DNA from: an uncultured Ruficoccus sp.
Lineage (GTDB): Bacteria > Verrucomicrobiota > Verrucomicrobiia > Opitutales > Cerasicoccaceae
Length of the DNA: 64,000 nucleotides
NCBI GenBank assembly: GCA_965140785.1
Contig: OZ223514.1
Span: 96,001 to 160,000, forward strand
Direction of reading: 5' to 3'
Shown here: one piece after another, positions 23,377-33,482 of the stretch
Numbering within the stretch: the stretch's first letter is position 1
Layout: each line of letters begins with the position of its first letter
The notes under the pieces: model-generated
The model's input: the letters and a program-made list of their open reading frames with translations, nothing else
Told to the model about the DNA's origin: nothing
The model's database searches: none
Translations under genes and position numbers: made by a program

Positions 23377-24135
23377 CTACCCCAAGGCCCCGGCAACGGC
23401 GATCCGCAACGCGGTGACGTGGCCTTCACGCGGGTGGCCAGCTCGCGGGCGCTGGGGGCTTCGAGGGTATAGACTTCGGGGCAGGCGCCCTCGCCCAGAT
23501 AGAGGGCTTCGGCCCAGCCGCCGATCTCTTCGGGGCTGACTGTGCCCGGCTTGCTGGTGATGAGGCCGTTGCGGGCGGGGCGTTTCTCGATGACCGGGGT
23601 GCGGTCGATGCCGCAGATGGGCTCGACCGCCTCAAGCATGGCCCGACCCAGGCCGGGGCGTCCGTCTGCCTTGTGTTCGTAGATATAATACCCGGCGCTC
23701 TCCCAGTCCTCGTGGAGGCAGACGGCTAGTTGGTAGGTCAGGTCGAGTGCGCGCATGCAGGCTCGTTGGCGCGGATGTGGGGAGAGGCGAAGTTCAGATA
23801 GTCGCGGTTGAGGTCGCCGAACTGGGGGTGCTCGCGGGTGCCGGCACGCAGCCCTTCGGGGTTGAGCAGGGGAAGACCACCGCCCCGGCATGGGCGGGCA
23901 GGAGCTTTTCCTGTAAAAACTCGAGCACGGCGAGCGGGCCGGCCGGTTCGTCTCCGTGGATACCGGCGGAGAGGTAGAGCCACGGACAACCGGGTTCGGG
24001 CTCGCGGAGCGCATAGGGGAGGCTGAGGCCCTCGTCCTGGCCGAAGCTTTTTACCGTGAACCCCGCGTCGGTGGCGGCGGGCTCCCAACTTTTTTCGAAA
24101 GCGGTGAGGTCGAGGGCGGGTCCGGTATAAGCCAT
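23377..24135 (-). CDS. M14 family metallopeptidase / succinylglutamate desuccinylase-like (frameshifted)
   Basis: SAGIHGDEPAG, LNPEG, DLNRDY, CLHEDWES, YTLEAPS across three frames. Confidence 0.8.
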
Positions 24136-24286
24136 GCTTGTGTCTTTCGCGTTGAATCCTGAAAACCGGTGTGCAGACTGAGGGGCGTACTCAATCCTGC
24201 CCGTTCCGGGCTTTGTGTGCACTGCCTACGGAAAGTCCTGTCCCCGCCGGTTGCAAGCCGAAGGCACTAATCTCTTCTCTCTCCCC

Positions 24287-25655
24287 ATGCCTAAACAGTC
24301 CTCCTGTCTGGTCTTATCCGCACTCATCCTTTGCCTGGGGGCGGAGCTGCCGCTGCAGGCCCGCTCCCTGCCCGCGCAGGAGAAGCTGAAGGAAAGGGAA
24401 GAGGCCTCCCCAGCGGTGTCGAATGAGAATAAGTCGTCGGCGCGGGAGGAGACTCGCCCGGTCTTTACGCCGCAGGAGCGGGCCGAGCTGCAAGAGATGG
24501 CCAAGGGCAATACGAACGCCAGCGAAGAGCGGCTGCGGGAACTGCTGCGGGAGTATTCCTCGCGTTTCCCCGGTCTGATTAGCACGGCAGGGTTGACCCT
24601 GAACCAGCAACCGGGCGACTACCGCGACAAGCACAACGCCGTCATGTGGCAGTACGCCTGTGTCTCGAATGTCAACAGCATCACCGTGCAGCCGAACCCC
24701 CAGGTGGCCCTGATCGATCTGCTCACCTACACCACGCGGGCGCTGGGCTATGTGAACAGTCCCGACGGCCAGGCCTTTCTGGGCGAGTATCAGCCCGACT
24801 ACGCCGAGGTGATGAAGGAGGCGGACGAGTGGGCCTGGTGGCTGGCCGATTTCGTTCTCGGAGACAAGGACTACGCTATTCTTAAGCGTGAGGTCACCGA
24901 CTGGTGCGCCAAGAACCCGATGACGTCTTTCATGGGCCGGGAAAATATTGGCTTGCTGGCCGGGGACCGCTTCGTCCCGCCACCCCTCGCAGCAGCTCGC
25001 CGACAGCCTGTTTTTCAGCGGCCTGGAGAAAGGCATTGACAGTACCGCTGTCGAGCTCAAGCAGGCCAACCGCACCCTGGAAAACTTCTATGTCCTGATG
25101 GACTGGATGCCGGTCTATGTTTACTGGACCGGGGAGATTGCCGCTTACAAGTTTCTTGAGTCCGAGACCGGCCAATCCCTGGTCAGTTTCATCAACGGGT
25201 TGGATGAGACCCAGCAGCGCTTGAACGAAACCGCCGGTTACTTCGCCAGCCTGGATGACTTGGTCAAGCCTTTCGCCGATGAGATATCCCGGCCCGGGAA
25301 CCAGGATGTTCCGCGTAAATTCTTTGCCGCCCTGGAGCAATCCTCCGAACTGATGGAGCGCCTGGGCCAGATGGAGGAGGATGTCGAGTCCCTGCTCAAC
25401 GACGCCGACGGCTTGCCCCTGGGTGACCGGATCGCCTCCATCGACGCGAGCCTGCAGCGACTGGCCGTCGTGGGGGACCAGTTAGAGAAGCTCAGCCCGG
25501 TGATCGACGAGTTACAGAACCCTGAAAAAATGACCGAAAAGATCGAGGGCATGGCGGTCCGTGTCATCCTCGTTTTCTTTGTCTGCTTGCTGGTTTCTCA
25601 GGTCCTGGCGGCCTGGCTGGTGGAGAAAATCCGCCGAAAGGCCCCAAGTTCCTGA
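24287..25655 (+). CDS. Hypothetical exported protein with coiled coil and C-terminal TM anchor (frameshift ~24985)
   Basis: Signal peptide in ORF 24215-25039; continues in ORF 24948-25655 ending in a TM helix plus basic residues. Confidence 0.65.
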
Positions 25656-25728
25656 CCGTTATTTAGCCGGAGAAGAGTTGCCCTTTGGCGTTGACGAATG
25701 GCCCGATCAGGTACGAGTATTATAGACT

Positions 25729-26460
25729 ATGAAACTCACACCACTGATCATTCTCTCGCTCGTACCGTTTCTGCTTCATGCGGAAACTCAACTGGACAAG
25801 CAGCTCGCTGAGGCCAAGCAGGTCATCTCCACCGCGGACGATGTGCTGCAGGAAATACAGGCCAATGAAAAGACCGCCATCCCCTCTGATGTGCTTTCCG
25901 AGGCCGAGGCAGTTCTCATCGTGAAGCTCAACTCGGCCATGGTCGGGGTGGGCGGTTATGGCGGCACCGGCATCGCCATGGTCAACAACATCGACAACTG
26001 GAGCCCCCCCGCTATCTACACCGTCGGCGGCGGTAGCCTCGGGATCGAGATCGGCGCGACCGAGACCAACCTCGTGGCCCTGTTCATGAACAAGAAAGCC
26101 ATGCGCACCCTTTATGACAGCAGCATCCGCTGGGGTGTCGGCCTCTCCGTCAAGGCCGGTCCCGTCGGCGGTACCCTCGGTGCCAGCGGCTGGAAAGATG
26201 CCGACGTGCTCGTTTACCGCGTGAAAAAGGGCTTCGCCCTCGGTGCCTCCTTCTCCGGCGGCACGCTCGACTACAGCCAGGATCTCAACTCTGCGCTCTA
26301 CAAGGAGCCGGATGTTACCATCCAGGACATCCTCGGGATGCGCGTGCCGATGCCGGCTGAGGCGCTTGATGTGACCGACGAACTGCGCAAGCTCTCCTAT
26401 CAGGACAGCACGTCTGCCAGCACGAAGTCGGCGACGCCCGCCGCCAAGTCGTCCAAGTAA
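25729..26460 (+). CDS. SYLF (Ysc84-like) lipid-binding domain protein, secreted
   Basis: IPSDVLSEAEAV, GGYGGTG, WSPP, GGGSLGIEIG, AGPVG. Confidence 0.85.
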   Translation: MKLTPLIILSLVPFLLHAETQLDKQLAEAKQVISTADDVLQEIQANEKTAIPSDVLSEAEAVLIVKLNSAMVGVGGYGGTGIAMVNNIDNWSPPAIYTVGGGSLGIEIGATETNLVALFMNKKAMRTLYDSSIRWGVGLSVKAGPVGGTLGASGWKDADVLVYRVKKGFALGASFSGGTLDYSQDLNSALYKEPDVTIQDILGMRVPMPAEALDVTDELRKLSYQDSTSASTKSATPAAKSSK

Positions 26461-26484
26461 ACGGCTCGCCCGCTTAACCTTTCG

Positions 26485-26514
26485 ACCCGCCGGAGAACTC
26501 CGGCGGGTTTTTTT
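26485..26514 (+). terminator. Intrinsic terminator
   Basis: acccgccggag-aa-ctccggcgggt followed by a T tract. Confidence 0.85.
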
Positions 26515-26631
26515 GGGCTTAAAAGGCAGGCCGTGTCCGCCGCCCGCCCCAGAGGTTCAAGGAAGCACCCTTTACAGCGCGGCTTTTTTTCTCCACAGTG
26601 GGCGGTTTTTAATCACCGACTTTCCCGACCC

Positions 26632-28002
26632 ATGTCCGACGTCCGCGTTAGATTCGCCCCCAGCCCGACGGGCTTCTTCCACATCGGCAGCGCCCGCACC
26701 GCGCTGTTCAACTGGCTCTATGCCCGCCACACCGGCGGCACCTTTGTCCTGCGCATTGAGGACACCGACTCGGTCCGCAATACCCCCGAGGCCCTGCAGG
26801 CGCTGCTCGACGGGATGCGCTGGCTCGGGCTGGACTGGGACGAGGGCCCCGAAAAGGGCGGCGACTTCGGGCCGTACTTTCAGAGTGAGCGCACGGGTAT
26901 TTACGAGGACTACCTCGCCCGCCTCACCGCCGCCGGACGCACCGAGGAGCGCGACGGGGCGGTGTATTTCAAGCTCCAGGGCGAGCGCTACACGGAGTTC
27001 GACAAGTACAAGAACGCCGAACTCGAAAAAGTCCGCAGCGAGCCCGTGGTGGTCGAGGACGCCGTGCGCGGGCGCGTCGAGCGCGTGGTCGATCAGGACT
27101 TCGTCATCCGCCGCAGCAACGGCGACTTCGGCTTCCATTTCGTCAACGTGGTGGATGACCTGTCGATGAAAATCACCCACGTCATCCGCGGCGAGGACCA
27201 CCTCTCCAACACCGCCCGTCACATCGAGCTTTATCAGGCTTTTGGGGCGACCCCGCCGGTCTTTGCCCACATCCCGCTCATCCTCAAAAGCGACGGGCGC
27301 GGCAAAATGAGCAAGCGCGAGTCCGGCGCGTTGATCGAGGAGTACGTCAGCCGCCACTTTCTGGCCCAGGCCGTGCGCAACTACCTATGCCTGCTGGGGT
27401 GGAACCCGAAGGACGACCGCGAGGTCATGCCGATCGAGGAGATTATCGAGCGCTTCGACTTCGCCGGGATCAACAAGGACGGCGCCCGCTTCGACGAGCA
27501 AAAACTCGCCCACATCAACACCGAGTACCTGCGCGCCCTGCCCCTGGAAACCTTTGTCTGGATGTCCGCGCCCGTGCTCGAAAGCGCCGGCCTGATCGGC
27601 GAGGGGACCGACGAGGATTACCTCCAGAGCGTGCTCGCCCTGTGCCAGCCAAAGGCCCGTTCGCTCGAAACCATACCCGAACTGGTCGTGCCGTTTTTCA
27701 AGGACGAGCTCGAAATCGACGGGAAGGCCCGCGAGAAGATTTTCAAGAAGGGCGAGCCGCTGACGCGGCTGGCCGAGCTGATCCCCGCGCTCGAAGCGCT
27801 GGAAACGTGGAACGAGGGGGCGCTGGAGCAGGCCTTTGGCGCGGTGGCCGAGGCCAACAGCCAGAAGCCGACCGCCTACTTCCCGATCTCACGCCTCGCG
27901 GTCAGCGGACAGGGGGGCGGCGTGCCGCTCTTCGGCCTGCTCGAAGCGCTCGGACGCGAGCGTGTGCTCAGCCGCATGCGGGCGTTCGCCGCGGCCAGTT
28001 GA
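26632..28002 (+). CDS. gltX: Glutamate-tRNA ligase
   Basis: [35 protein letters not shown], anticodon-binding domain present. Confidence 0.92.
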   Translation: MSDVRVRFAPSPTGFFHIGSARTALFNWLYARHTGGTFVLRIEDTDSVRNTPEALQALLDGMRWLGLDWDEGPEKGGDFGPYFQSERTGIYEDYLARLTAAGRTEERDGAVYFKLQGERYTEFDKYKNAELEKVRSEPVVVEDAVRGRVERVVDQDFVIRRSNGDFGFHFVNVVDDLSMKITHVIRGEDHLSNTARHIELYQAFGATPPVFAHIPLILKSDGRGKMSKRESGALIEEYVSRHFLAQAVRNYLCLLGWNPKDDREVMPIEEIIERFDFAGINKDGARFDEQKLAHINTEYLRALPLETFVWMSAPVLESAGLIGEGTDEDYLQSVLALCQPKARSLETIPELVVPFFKDELEIDGKAREKIFKKGEPLTRLAELIPALEALETWNEGALEQAFGAVAEANSQKPTAYFPISRLAVSGQGGGVPLFGLLEALGRERVLSRMRAFAAAS

Positions 28003-28057
28003 GCCTGTCCGAGAAATTTGCTGACGGGCGGCAAATATCCCGATCGGCTTTTTTTTA
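28003..28057 (+). terminator. Probable terminator after gltX
   Basis: Interrupted stem (atttgctg/cggcaaat inside agcc/ggct) followed by a T tract. Confidence 0.55.
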
Positions 28058-28082
28058 GGCCGTTATAAATGCGCGGGCAGAC

Positions 28083-28111
28083 TTGATAGTTGCCCCAGGA
28101 TTGTCTAAATT
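28083..28111 (+). promoter_or_regulatory. Putative sigma70-type promoter for the lipoprotein/biosynthetic operon
   Basis: TTGATA-17 bp-TAAATT ending 7 nt before ATG 28119. Confidence 0.5.
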
Positions 28112-28118
28112 GGGGGCC

Positions 28119-28535
28119 ATGATGAAAAAAGCTGTTCTCGTTTCCTTCTTTGCTCTGCTGGGTCTTTTTGCGCTGGCAGGGTGCAACACGACGATTAGCG
28201 GCCAGGAAGATGTGGCCGCGTACAACGCTGACCCGTTGAGCATGCAAATTCCCCCCGATGTATCCGGTGAGGTGCTTGAGCGGGCGATGAGGTCAACCTT
28301 CGAAGGACGCCGGTGGACGGTCATTTCCTCCTCTCCCACCAAGGTCACGGCGGTGCTCAACCACCGGGGATTTGAGGGCAAAGCCTCAATGGTTCGCGAG
28401 GGCGACGAGGTGAAGATATATTCGGATTCAACCATGGAGAATTACAAGGACGGTGAAGATGTCGAAGCCGTGCCGCTGGGTTGGCTGGAAAACCTGCAAA
28501 AGGATTTTCCCCGTCGCTTAGCGATGGCCAAGTGA
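28119..28535 (+). CDS. Lipoprotein, probable first gene of the biosynthetic operon
   Basis: Lipobox LAGC; 19 bp gap to the next gene. Confidence 0.8.
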   Translation: MMKKAVLVSFFALLGLFALAGCNTTISGQEDVAAYNADPLSMQIPPDVSGEVLERAMRSTFEGRRWTVISSSPTKVTAVLNHRGFEGKASMVREGDEVKIYSDSTMENYKDGEDVEAVPLGWLENLQKDFPRRLAMAK

Positions 28536-28554
28536 CTCTTTTAGTTTTGATTGT

Positions 28555-29508
28555 ATGCCGGTAACCGTCCGATTTGGGGCGAGCCAGACATGTTTCGACG
28601 CGCGGGCCGGAGTGCTTGCGCTGTCGATGCCCTGGCTGGCCGGTGCGAAAGAGGAACCCCTCTGGCCGGGTGAGCTCACGTCGCTGGGTGACGGCCTGCT
28701 GGCCGGGACGGATGGGCCGTGGCGTTGCCTGGCCCTGAGCGTGCCGGTGGACGGTGCCATGACCGGGACGGCCCGGCGGATTTTTTCAACTCTGCTGGAG
28801 GCACTCGGCCCGGCCCATTTCCTGCGGATCTGGAACTTCGTCCCTGCCATCAATGCGGAGACCGACGGACTGGAAAACTACCGCGCCTTCTGTCTGGGCC
28901 GCCATGAGGCCTTTGCCGCCCATTTCGGGACGGCGGCGGACCGGTATTTCTGCGCTGCCTCGGCGGTCGGGATCGACGGGCCGCACCTGAGCGTGATCGC
29001 CCTGGCCACGGAGTTGCCCGTTACCCACCTGGAAAATCCGTTCCAGTGCCCGGCTTATCAATACCCGCAGCGCTACGGGCCGCGTCCGCCGAGCTTCAGC
29101 CGCGCCAGCGTGGTGGGAGGGGAGGAACCGGCGGTGTACATTTCCGGCACGTCGGCAGTGCTCGGATCGGCCACCGTCGCCCCGGACGAGTTGCACGGGC
29201 AGCTCGAAACCACCGGCGAGAATCTGCACCGCATGCTCGGCCAGTGTGAGCGGGAGCTGGGTGCGGAGCCCTTCGCCCGGCTGGGAGCACCCTTCTGCCG
29301 CGTGTACCTGCGCCGGGCCGGGGACGCGCCCGCTGTCACCGCCTGGCTGGAGACCCAGTCGTGGTTTTCCCCGGAGCGCGCCAGCGTGGTGCGCTCGGAC
29401 ATCTGCCGGCAGGAACTGCGGGTGGAAATCGAGTTATCCTGGCCTTCCGTGCTTGCCGGGAGCGGGGTCGGCGGCAAGGTTCACGCTCATGGCAGCGACC
29501 CGTTATGA
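28555..29508 (+). CDS. Chorismatase (FkbO/Hyg5/XanB2-like)
   Basis: RIWNF, YRAFCLGR, ENPFQCPAYQYP..YGPRPPSFSRA, ISGTSAVLG, DICRQELRVEIE. Confidence 0.85.
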   Translation: MPVTVRFGASQTCFDARAGVLALSMPWLAGAKEEPLWPGELTSLGDGLLAGTDGPWRCLALSVPVDGAMTGTARRIFSTLLEALGPAHFLRIWNFVPAINAETDGLENYRAFCLGRHEAFAAHFGTAADRYFCAASAVGIDGPHLSVIALATELPVTHLENPFQCPAYQYPQRYGPRPPSFSRASVVGGEEPAVYISGTSAVLGSATVAPDELHGQLETTGENLHRMLGQCERELGAEPFARLGAPFCRVYLRRAGDAPAVTAWLETQSWFSPERASVVRSDICRQELRVEIELSWPSVLAGSGVGGKVHAHGSDPL

Positions 29509-30742
29509 TTGTCTGGTGATCGGTGCCGGCCCCGCCGGATCGGCAGCCGCAACCCTGCTGGCGCAGGCCGGTCGGCGTGTGCTCATGGTGGAAAAGGCGG
29601 CCTTCCCCCGCTTCCACATCGGCGAGTCTCTCATCCCGGCGGCCAACCGCGTGCTGCGCAAACTGGGCATGTGGGAACGCATCGAGCGGGCCGGTTTCGT
29701 ACGCAAGGAAGGGGCGGAGTTCACCTACGGCCCCGGCGAAGCGCGGGTCCACAATCGCTTCCGCGACGGCTATGTGCCGGGCTTGGACTATACGTATCAG
29801 GTGGAGCGGGCGAAGTTCGACCAGCTCCTGCTGGAACGGGCCTGCGAGGCCGGGGCGGAGCTGCTTCAGCCCGCCGAGGCGGTGTCCGCCGAGCAAACCG
29901 GGCGCGGCTGGCGCGTCGCGCTGAAGGTGGACGACCGCACCGAAACGGTGGAGGCGGACTGGCTGCTGGACGCCGCCGGACGCGGGCGCTGGTTGGGACG
30001 ACACTTGAACATCCCGACCGATTCGGTCCCGCTGCCGAAGCGTTTCGCCGTTTACAACCATTTCAAGGGCGTGGCCCGGAGTGCGGGGCCCGAGGCGGGC
30101 AACATCGTCATCACACGCATCCCGGGCGGGTGGTTCTGGTCGATCCCGCTCGACGAGGAACGCACCTCGGTCGGGCTGGTTGCCCTTCGCGACGGCGACC
30201 GTACGCCGCCGGAAGAAGTCTTCCGCCAGCGTGTAGCGGCCAACCCCTACATGCGCGCGTGCATGGGCGGTGCCGAGGCGCTGGACCGTTTCCGGGTGGA
30301 GGCCGATTACTCCTTCCTGCACCGGCGCTTCGCCGGGGAGCGCTGGCTGATGCTGGGCGACGCGGCGGGCTTCATCGATCCGGTCTTCTCGTCCGGGGTG
30401 TACCTGGCGCTGGAATCCGCCGACCTGGCCGCGGAGGCCATCCTCTGCGCCAATCCGAAAAAGGGCCTCCGCCCCCGCGCCCAACGCCGCTATCAGGGGC
30501 AGCTTCAGGCGCGAATGCGGGTCATGCTGGCCCTGATCGAAGTCTATTACGACGAGCGCTCCTTCTCGGTCTTCATGAGCCCGACGGAGCGCTACGGCCT
30601 CTTCCCGGCAGTCAATGCCGTGGTGGCGGGCTGCACGCGGATGCCCTTCGGCTTGAAATGGCGCTTCTGGCTCTTTCTGACCATCTGTCGCCTCAATAAG
30701 CGCCTGCCCATGGTGCCGCCGGTCAACCTCGAAGGTGGATGA
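29489..30742 (+). CDS. FAD-dependent halogenase-like oxidoreductase
   Basis: GAGPAG, FPRFHIGESL, GFVRKEGA, WFWSIP, GDAAGFIDPVFSSGV; start ATG 29489. Confidence 0.85.
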   Translation: MAATRYDCLVIGAGPAGSAAATLLAQAGRRVLMVEKAAFPRFHIGESLIPAANRVLRKLGMWERIERAGFVRKEGAEFTYGPGEARVHNRFRDGYVPGLDYTYQVERAKFDQLLLERACEAGAELLQPAEAVSAEQTGRGWRVALKVDDRTETVEADWLLDAAGRGRWLGRHLNIPTDSVPLPKRFAVYNHFKGVARSAGPEAGNIVITRIPGGWFWSIPLDEERTSVGLVALRDGDRTPPEEVFRQRVAANPYMRACMGGAEALDRFRVEADYSFLHRRFAGERWLMLGDAAGFIDPVFSSGVYLALESADLAAEAILCANPKKGLRPRAQRRYQGQLQARMRVMLALIEVYYDERSFSVFMSPTERYGLFPAVNAVVAGCTRMPFGLKWRFWLFLTICRLNKRLPMVPPVNLEGG

Positions 30743-31380
30743 GCACTGAAACGGCATCGCGGCGCTGGGTGCTCTGGACGCTGGCCCTGGTGGGGGCGGG
30801 TGGCCTGTGCTGGGCGCTGGTTCTGTGGGGGGCGGACTGGCGGGCTTTTATCGAGGATCACCCCAAGTCCGGGGCGGCGGTTTTCTGCGGGCTGATGATC
30901 CTGCTGCCGCTGGTGGGGTTTCCGATTTCGGCGTTCTATGTCTTCGCCGGACTGACCTTCCGGGTGCCGGTGGCGCTGGCGGCGGGCGGGGTGGGGCTCG
31001 CCGTGAATATGAGCCTGGGCTACCTGCTGGCGCGTACCATCTGGCGCGAGCCCCTGCGGCGGCGGTTGGAGGCGCGCTGGCCCCGGCTGTTTACCCTGGA
31101 CCGCAACGCCTGCGCCCAGGTGACACTGCTCGTGCGCGCCGTGCCGGGCGTGCCCTTTACCGCGCAGAACTACCTGCTGGGCGTGCTGGCGGTGCCTTTC
31201 GGGTTGTATTTAAGCATTTCCTGGGCCGTGCAGTTTCTCTTCCTCACGGGCGTGGTGCTGACCACGCGTGGCGTGGTGGAGAGCGATGGAGCCCAGGCGC
31301 TGTGGGGCGGGGTGGCGGTGCTGGTCGTGGTGATCAGCCTGCGGCTGGCCTGGCGGCGGTGGAAACGGCGCAGCATTTGA
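30739..31380 (+). CDS. VTT/TVP38 (DedA superfamily) membrane protein
   Basis: GFPIS..AGLTF, RAVPGVPFTAQNYLLG. Confidence 0.8.
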   Translation: MSTETASRRWVLWTLALVGAGGLCWALVLWGADWRAFIEDHPKSGAAVFCGLMILLPLVGFPISAFYVFAGLTFRVPVALAAGGVGLAVNMSLGYLLARTIWREPLRRRLEARWPRLFTLDRNACAQVTLLVRAVPGVPFTAQNYLLGVLAVPFGLYLSISWAVQFLFLTGVVLTTRGVVESDGAQALWGGVAVLVVVISLRLAWRRWKRRSI

Positions 31381-31422
31381 CTTGTGGCTGCTCCTGAGTT
31401 CGCTATTTTTTAGCCGTTACCT

Positions 31423-31689
31423 ATGGGCGAAGATCTTAAAAAACGCTTAAAAACGCTGATCATCGAGGCGTTGTCTCTGGAAGATGTCGAGCCGGACGAT
31501 CTGGCCGACGACACGCCGCTGATGGAGTCCGGGCTCGGCTTGGACTCGATTGACGCCCTCGAACTGGTCGTGACCGTGGAAAAAGAGTTTTCGATCAAGA
31601 TCAAGAACAGCGAAGAGGCCCGCAGTGCCCTGCGCAGCATCGATACCCTGGCGCAATTTATCCGCGAGCGGCAGGCAGCTTCGGCTTGA
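31423..31689 (+). CDS. Acyl carrier protein
   Basis: Acidic 88 aa protein with GLDSIDALEL phosphopantetheine site. Confidence 0.93.
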   Translation: MGEDLKKRLKTLIIEALSLEDVEPDDLADDTPLMESGLGLDSIDALELVVTVEKEFSIKIKNSEEARSALRSIDTLAQFIRERQAASA

Positions 31690-31720
31690 GCCCGCCGGGG
31701 CATGGGCGTAGATTCTCTTT

Positions 31721-32827
31721 ATGGTTAGTCGTGCAGGGAGCTCTCAGGTTTACATCGATGCCTGCGACTGCCTAAGCGTGTTGGGCGATGCCGCCCAAAC
31801 CTGCGAGCGCCTCAAGGCCGGGGAAATCGCCCTTCAGCCCCATCCGGCCCTCGAAACGGACTCCGAAGCGGTGCCATTGGCACTGACGGGGCCTTTTGCG
31901 GCGACCACACCGCCGCGCTGGCTGCAACCATGTCGGGAGTTATTGGATAAAGTCCCGGACGCTCCCTGGGGCACGACGAAGTTTCCCGTCGTCATCTCCA
32001 GCAGTAACTTTGGCATCGATCAGATGCTGGCCGCCTACCAGAGCGGAGACGAGTGCTACCACCAAAACGCCACACCCGCCCATGCGGTGGCGAGCTTGGC
32101 TGAGGCCTGCGGCTGGGGGCCGAACCGCCTCATCGTGTCTAATGCCTGCGTCTCGGCTCAGCTCGCGCTCATCCAGGCGCAGCGACTGCTGGAGGCGGGG
32201 TTGGCCGAGCGGGTGCTGGTTTTCTCCTTCGACTTTCTGAGCGCGTTCGTGGCGGGCGGGTTTTACGCGCTGAAAATCCTCAACACGGATTTTCCCCAGC
32301 CCTACACGCGGCGCGAGACCGGGTCGATCGGCCTCGGAGACGGGGCCGCCTTCGCGGTCCTGAGCCGGACGCCGGGACGGTTCCGGGTGGCCGCCTCGGC
32401 GGCGCTCTCGGAGAATTTCCACATGACCGCCAACGAGACCTCCGGGGCGGGTTTCCGGGGGGTGCTTGAGCGGATCGCCCCGGCTCTGCCGCCGGGCGGC
32501 GTCTGGGTCAAAGGCCATGGCACCGGCACGCTGGAGGCCGGACGGCTGGAGGCCGAGGCCGTGGCCTGGGAACTGCCGGAAAGTCCGCTCGTCTCCTGGA
32601 AGGGCTCGCTGGGCCACACGCTGGGCTCCTGCGGACTGGTTGAGCTGGCCGTGGCTCTGGCAGCCATCCGCACCGGTGAGGCGCCGGGCACGGTCGGCGG
32701 ACAGGCGCCCTTTTTTACCGACAACGTCCACCGCGGAAACTTTCCCCTCGATCGCTTCGGCGGCGTCATCCTTTTAAGCAGCGCCTTCGGTGGCGCCCAA
32801 GCCGCGCACCTCGTCACCTGTGATTAA
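31721..32827 (+). CDS. Beta-ketoacyl-ACP synthase
   Basis: Cys-His-His triad motifs SNACVS, GHGTGT, KGSLGHTLG; SSAFGG. Confidence 0.88.
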   Translation: MVSRAGSSQVYIDACDCLSVLGDAAQTCERLKAGEIALQPHPALETDSEAVPLALTGPFAATTPPRWLQPCRELLDKVPDAPWGTTKFPVVISSSNFGIDQMLAAYQSGDECYHQNATPAHAVASLAEACGWGPNRLIVSNACVSAQLALIQAQRLLEAGLAERVLVFSFDFLSAFVAGGFYALKILNTDFPQPYTRRETGSIGLGDGAAFAVLSRTPGRFRVAASAALSENFHMTANETSGAGFRGVLERIAPALPPGGVWVKGHGTGTLEAGRLEAEAVAWELPESPLVSWKGSLGHTLGSCGLVELAVALAAIRTGEAPGTVGGQAPFFTDNVHRGNFPLDRFGGVILLSSAFGGAQAAHLVTCD

Positions 32828-33482
32828 ACGCTCCATCACCCATCTGGCTGTGGCCGACCCGTGCCGGGAACTCGACCCGGAACGGCGCAAGCACCTGCGC
32901 AAGCTGTTCAACCCGCTGGCCTCCCGGCGGATGAGCGACCTGTCCCTGCTGATCGGCGAAGTGACCGCCGGGGCTGAGCCGGGCCACCGGGACGAGTGGA
33001 TCTACGCCTCGCGCTTCGGGGGGACTCAGAGCCTGGAGCGTTACTTGAGCAGCTTCCCCACGCCCAGTCCGCTGTATTTTCAGAACTCGATCCACCCCGG
33101 CGCGTTCGACTTGGTCAGTGTGGCCCGGCGGGAGCGTTCGGGCATGCTCACGCCTTTGTGCGCGCTGGACACGCTCGTCGCCGACGCCCTGCTGGCGGCG
33201 CTGCTGGTGCCGACGGACACGGTGGCCCACCTGGTCGGTGGAGACGAGTACGAGCCGTGGTCGTCCGGCCACGGTTGGGGGGCGATCGAGACCTTTGCCT
33301 TTTACCTGCGGCTGGAGGCCGGTTCCCCCGCCGCAGCGCTGGGTGAACTGAGCTTTGATCCCGAAGAGCAGACCGGGGAAACCGTTCCGGACGTAGCCGC
33401 TTTTCATGGCGGACTCTCCGCCCGCCGGGACTGGGAGTTCCATCTGCCCGAGCGGGGAACCTTCCGTGTGGCATGGACGTGA
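32820..33482 (+). CDS. Ketosynthase chain-length-factor-like protein
   Basis: RRMS, YASRFG, PSPLYFQNSIH motifs; truncated KS fold without the catalytic triad; GTG start overlapping the KS stop. Confidence 0.78.
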   Translation: MIKRSITHLAVADPCRELDPERRKHLRKLFNPLASRRMSDLSLLIGEVTAGAEPGHRDEWIYASRFGGTQSLERYLSSFPTPSPLYFQNSIHPGAFDLVSVARRERSGMLTPLCALDTLVADALLAALLVPTDTVAHLVGGDEYEPWSSGHGWGAIETFAFYLRLEAGSPAAALGELSFDPEEQTGETVPDVAAFHGGLSARRDWEFHLPERGTFRVAWT

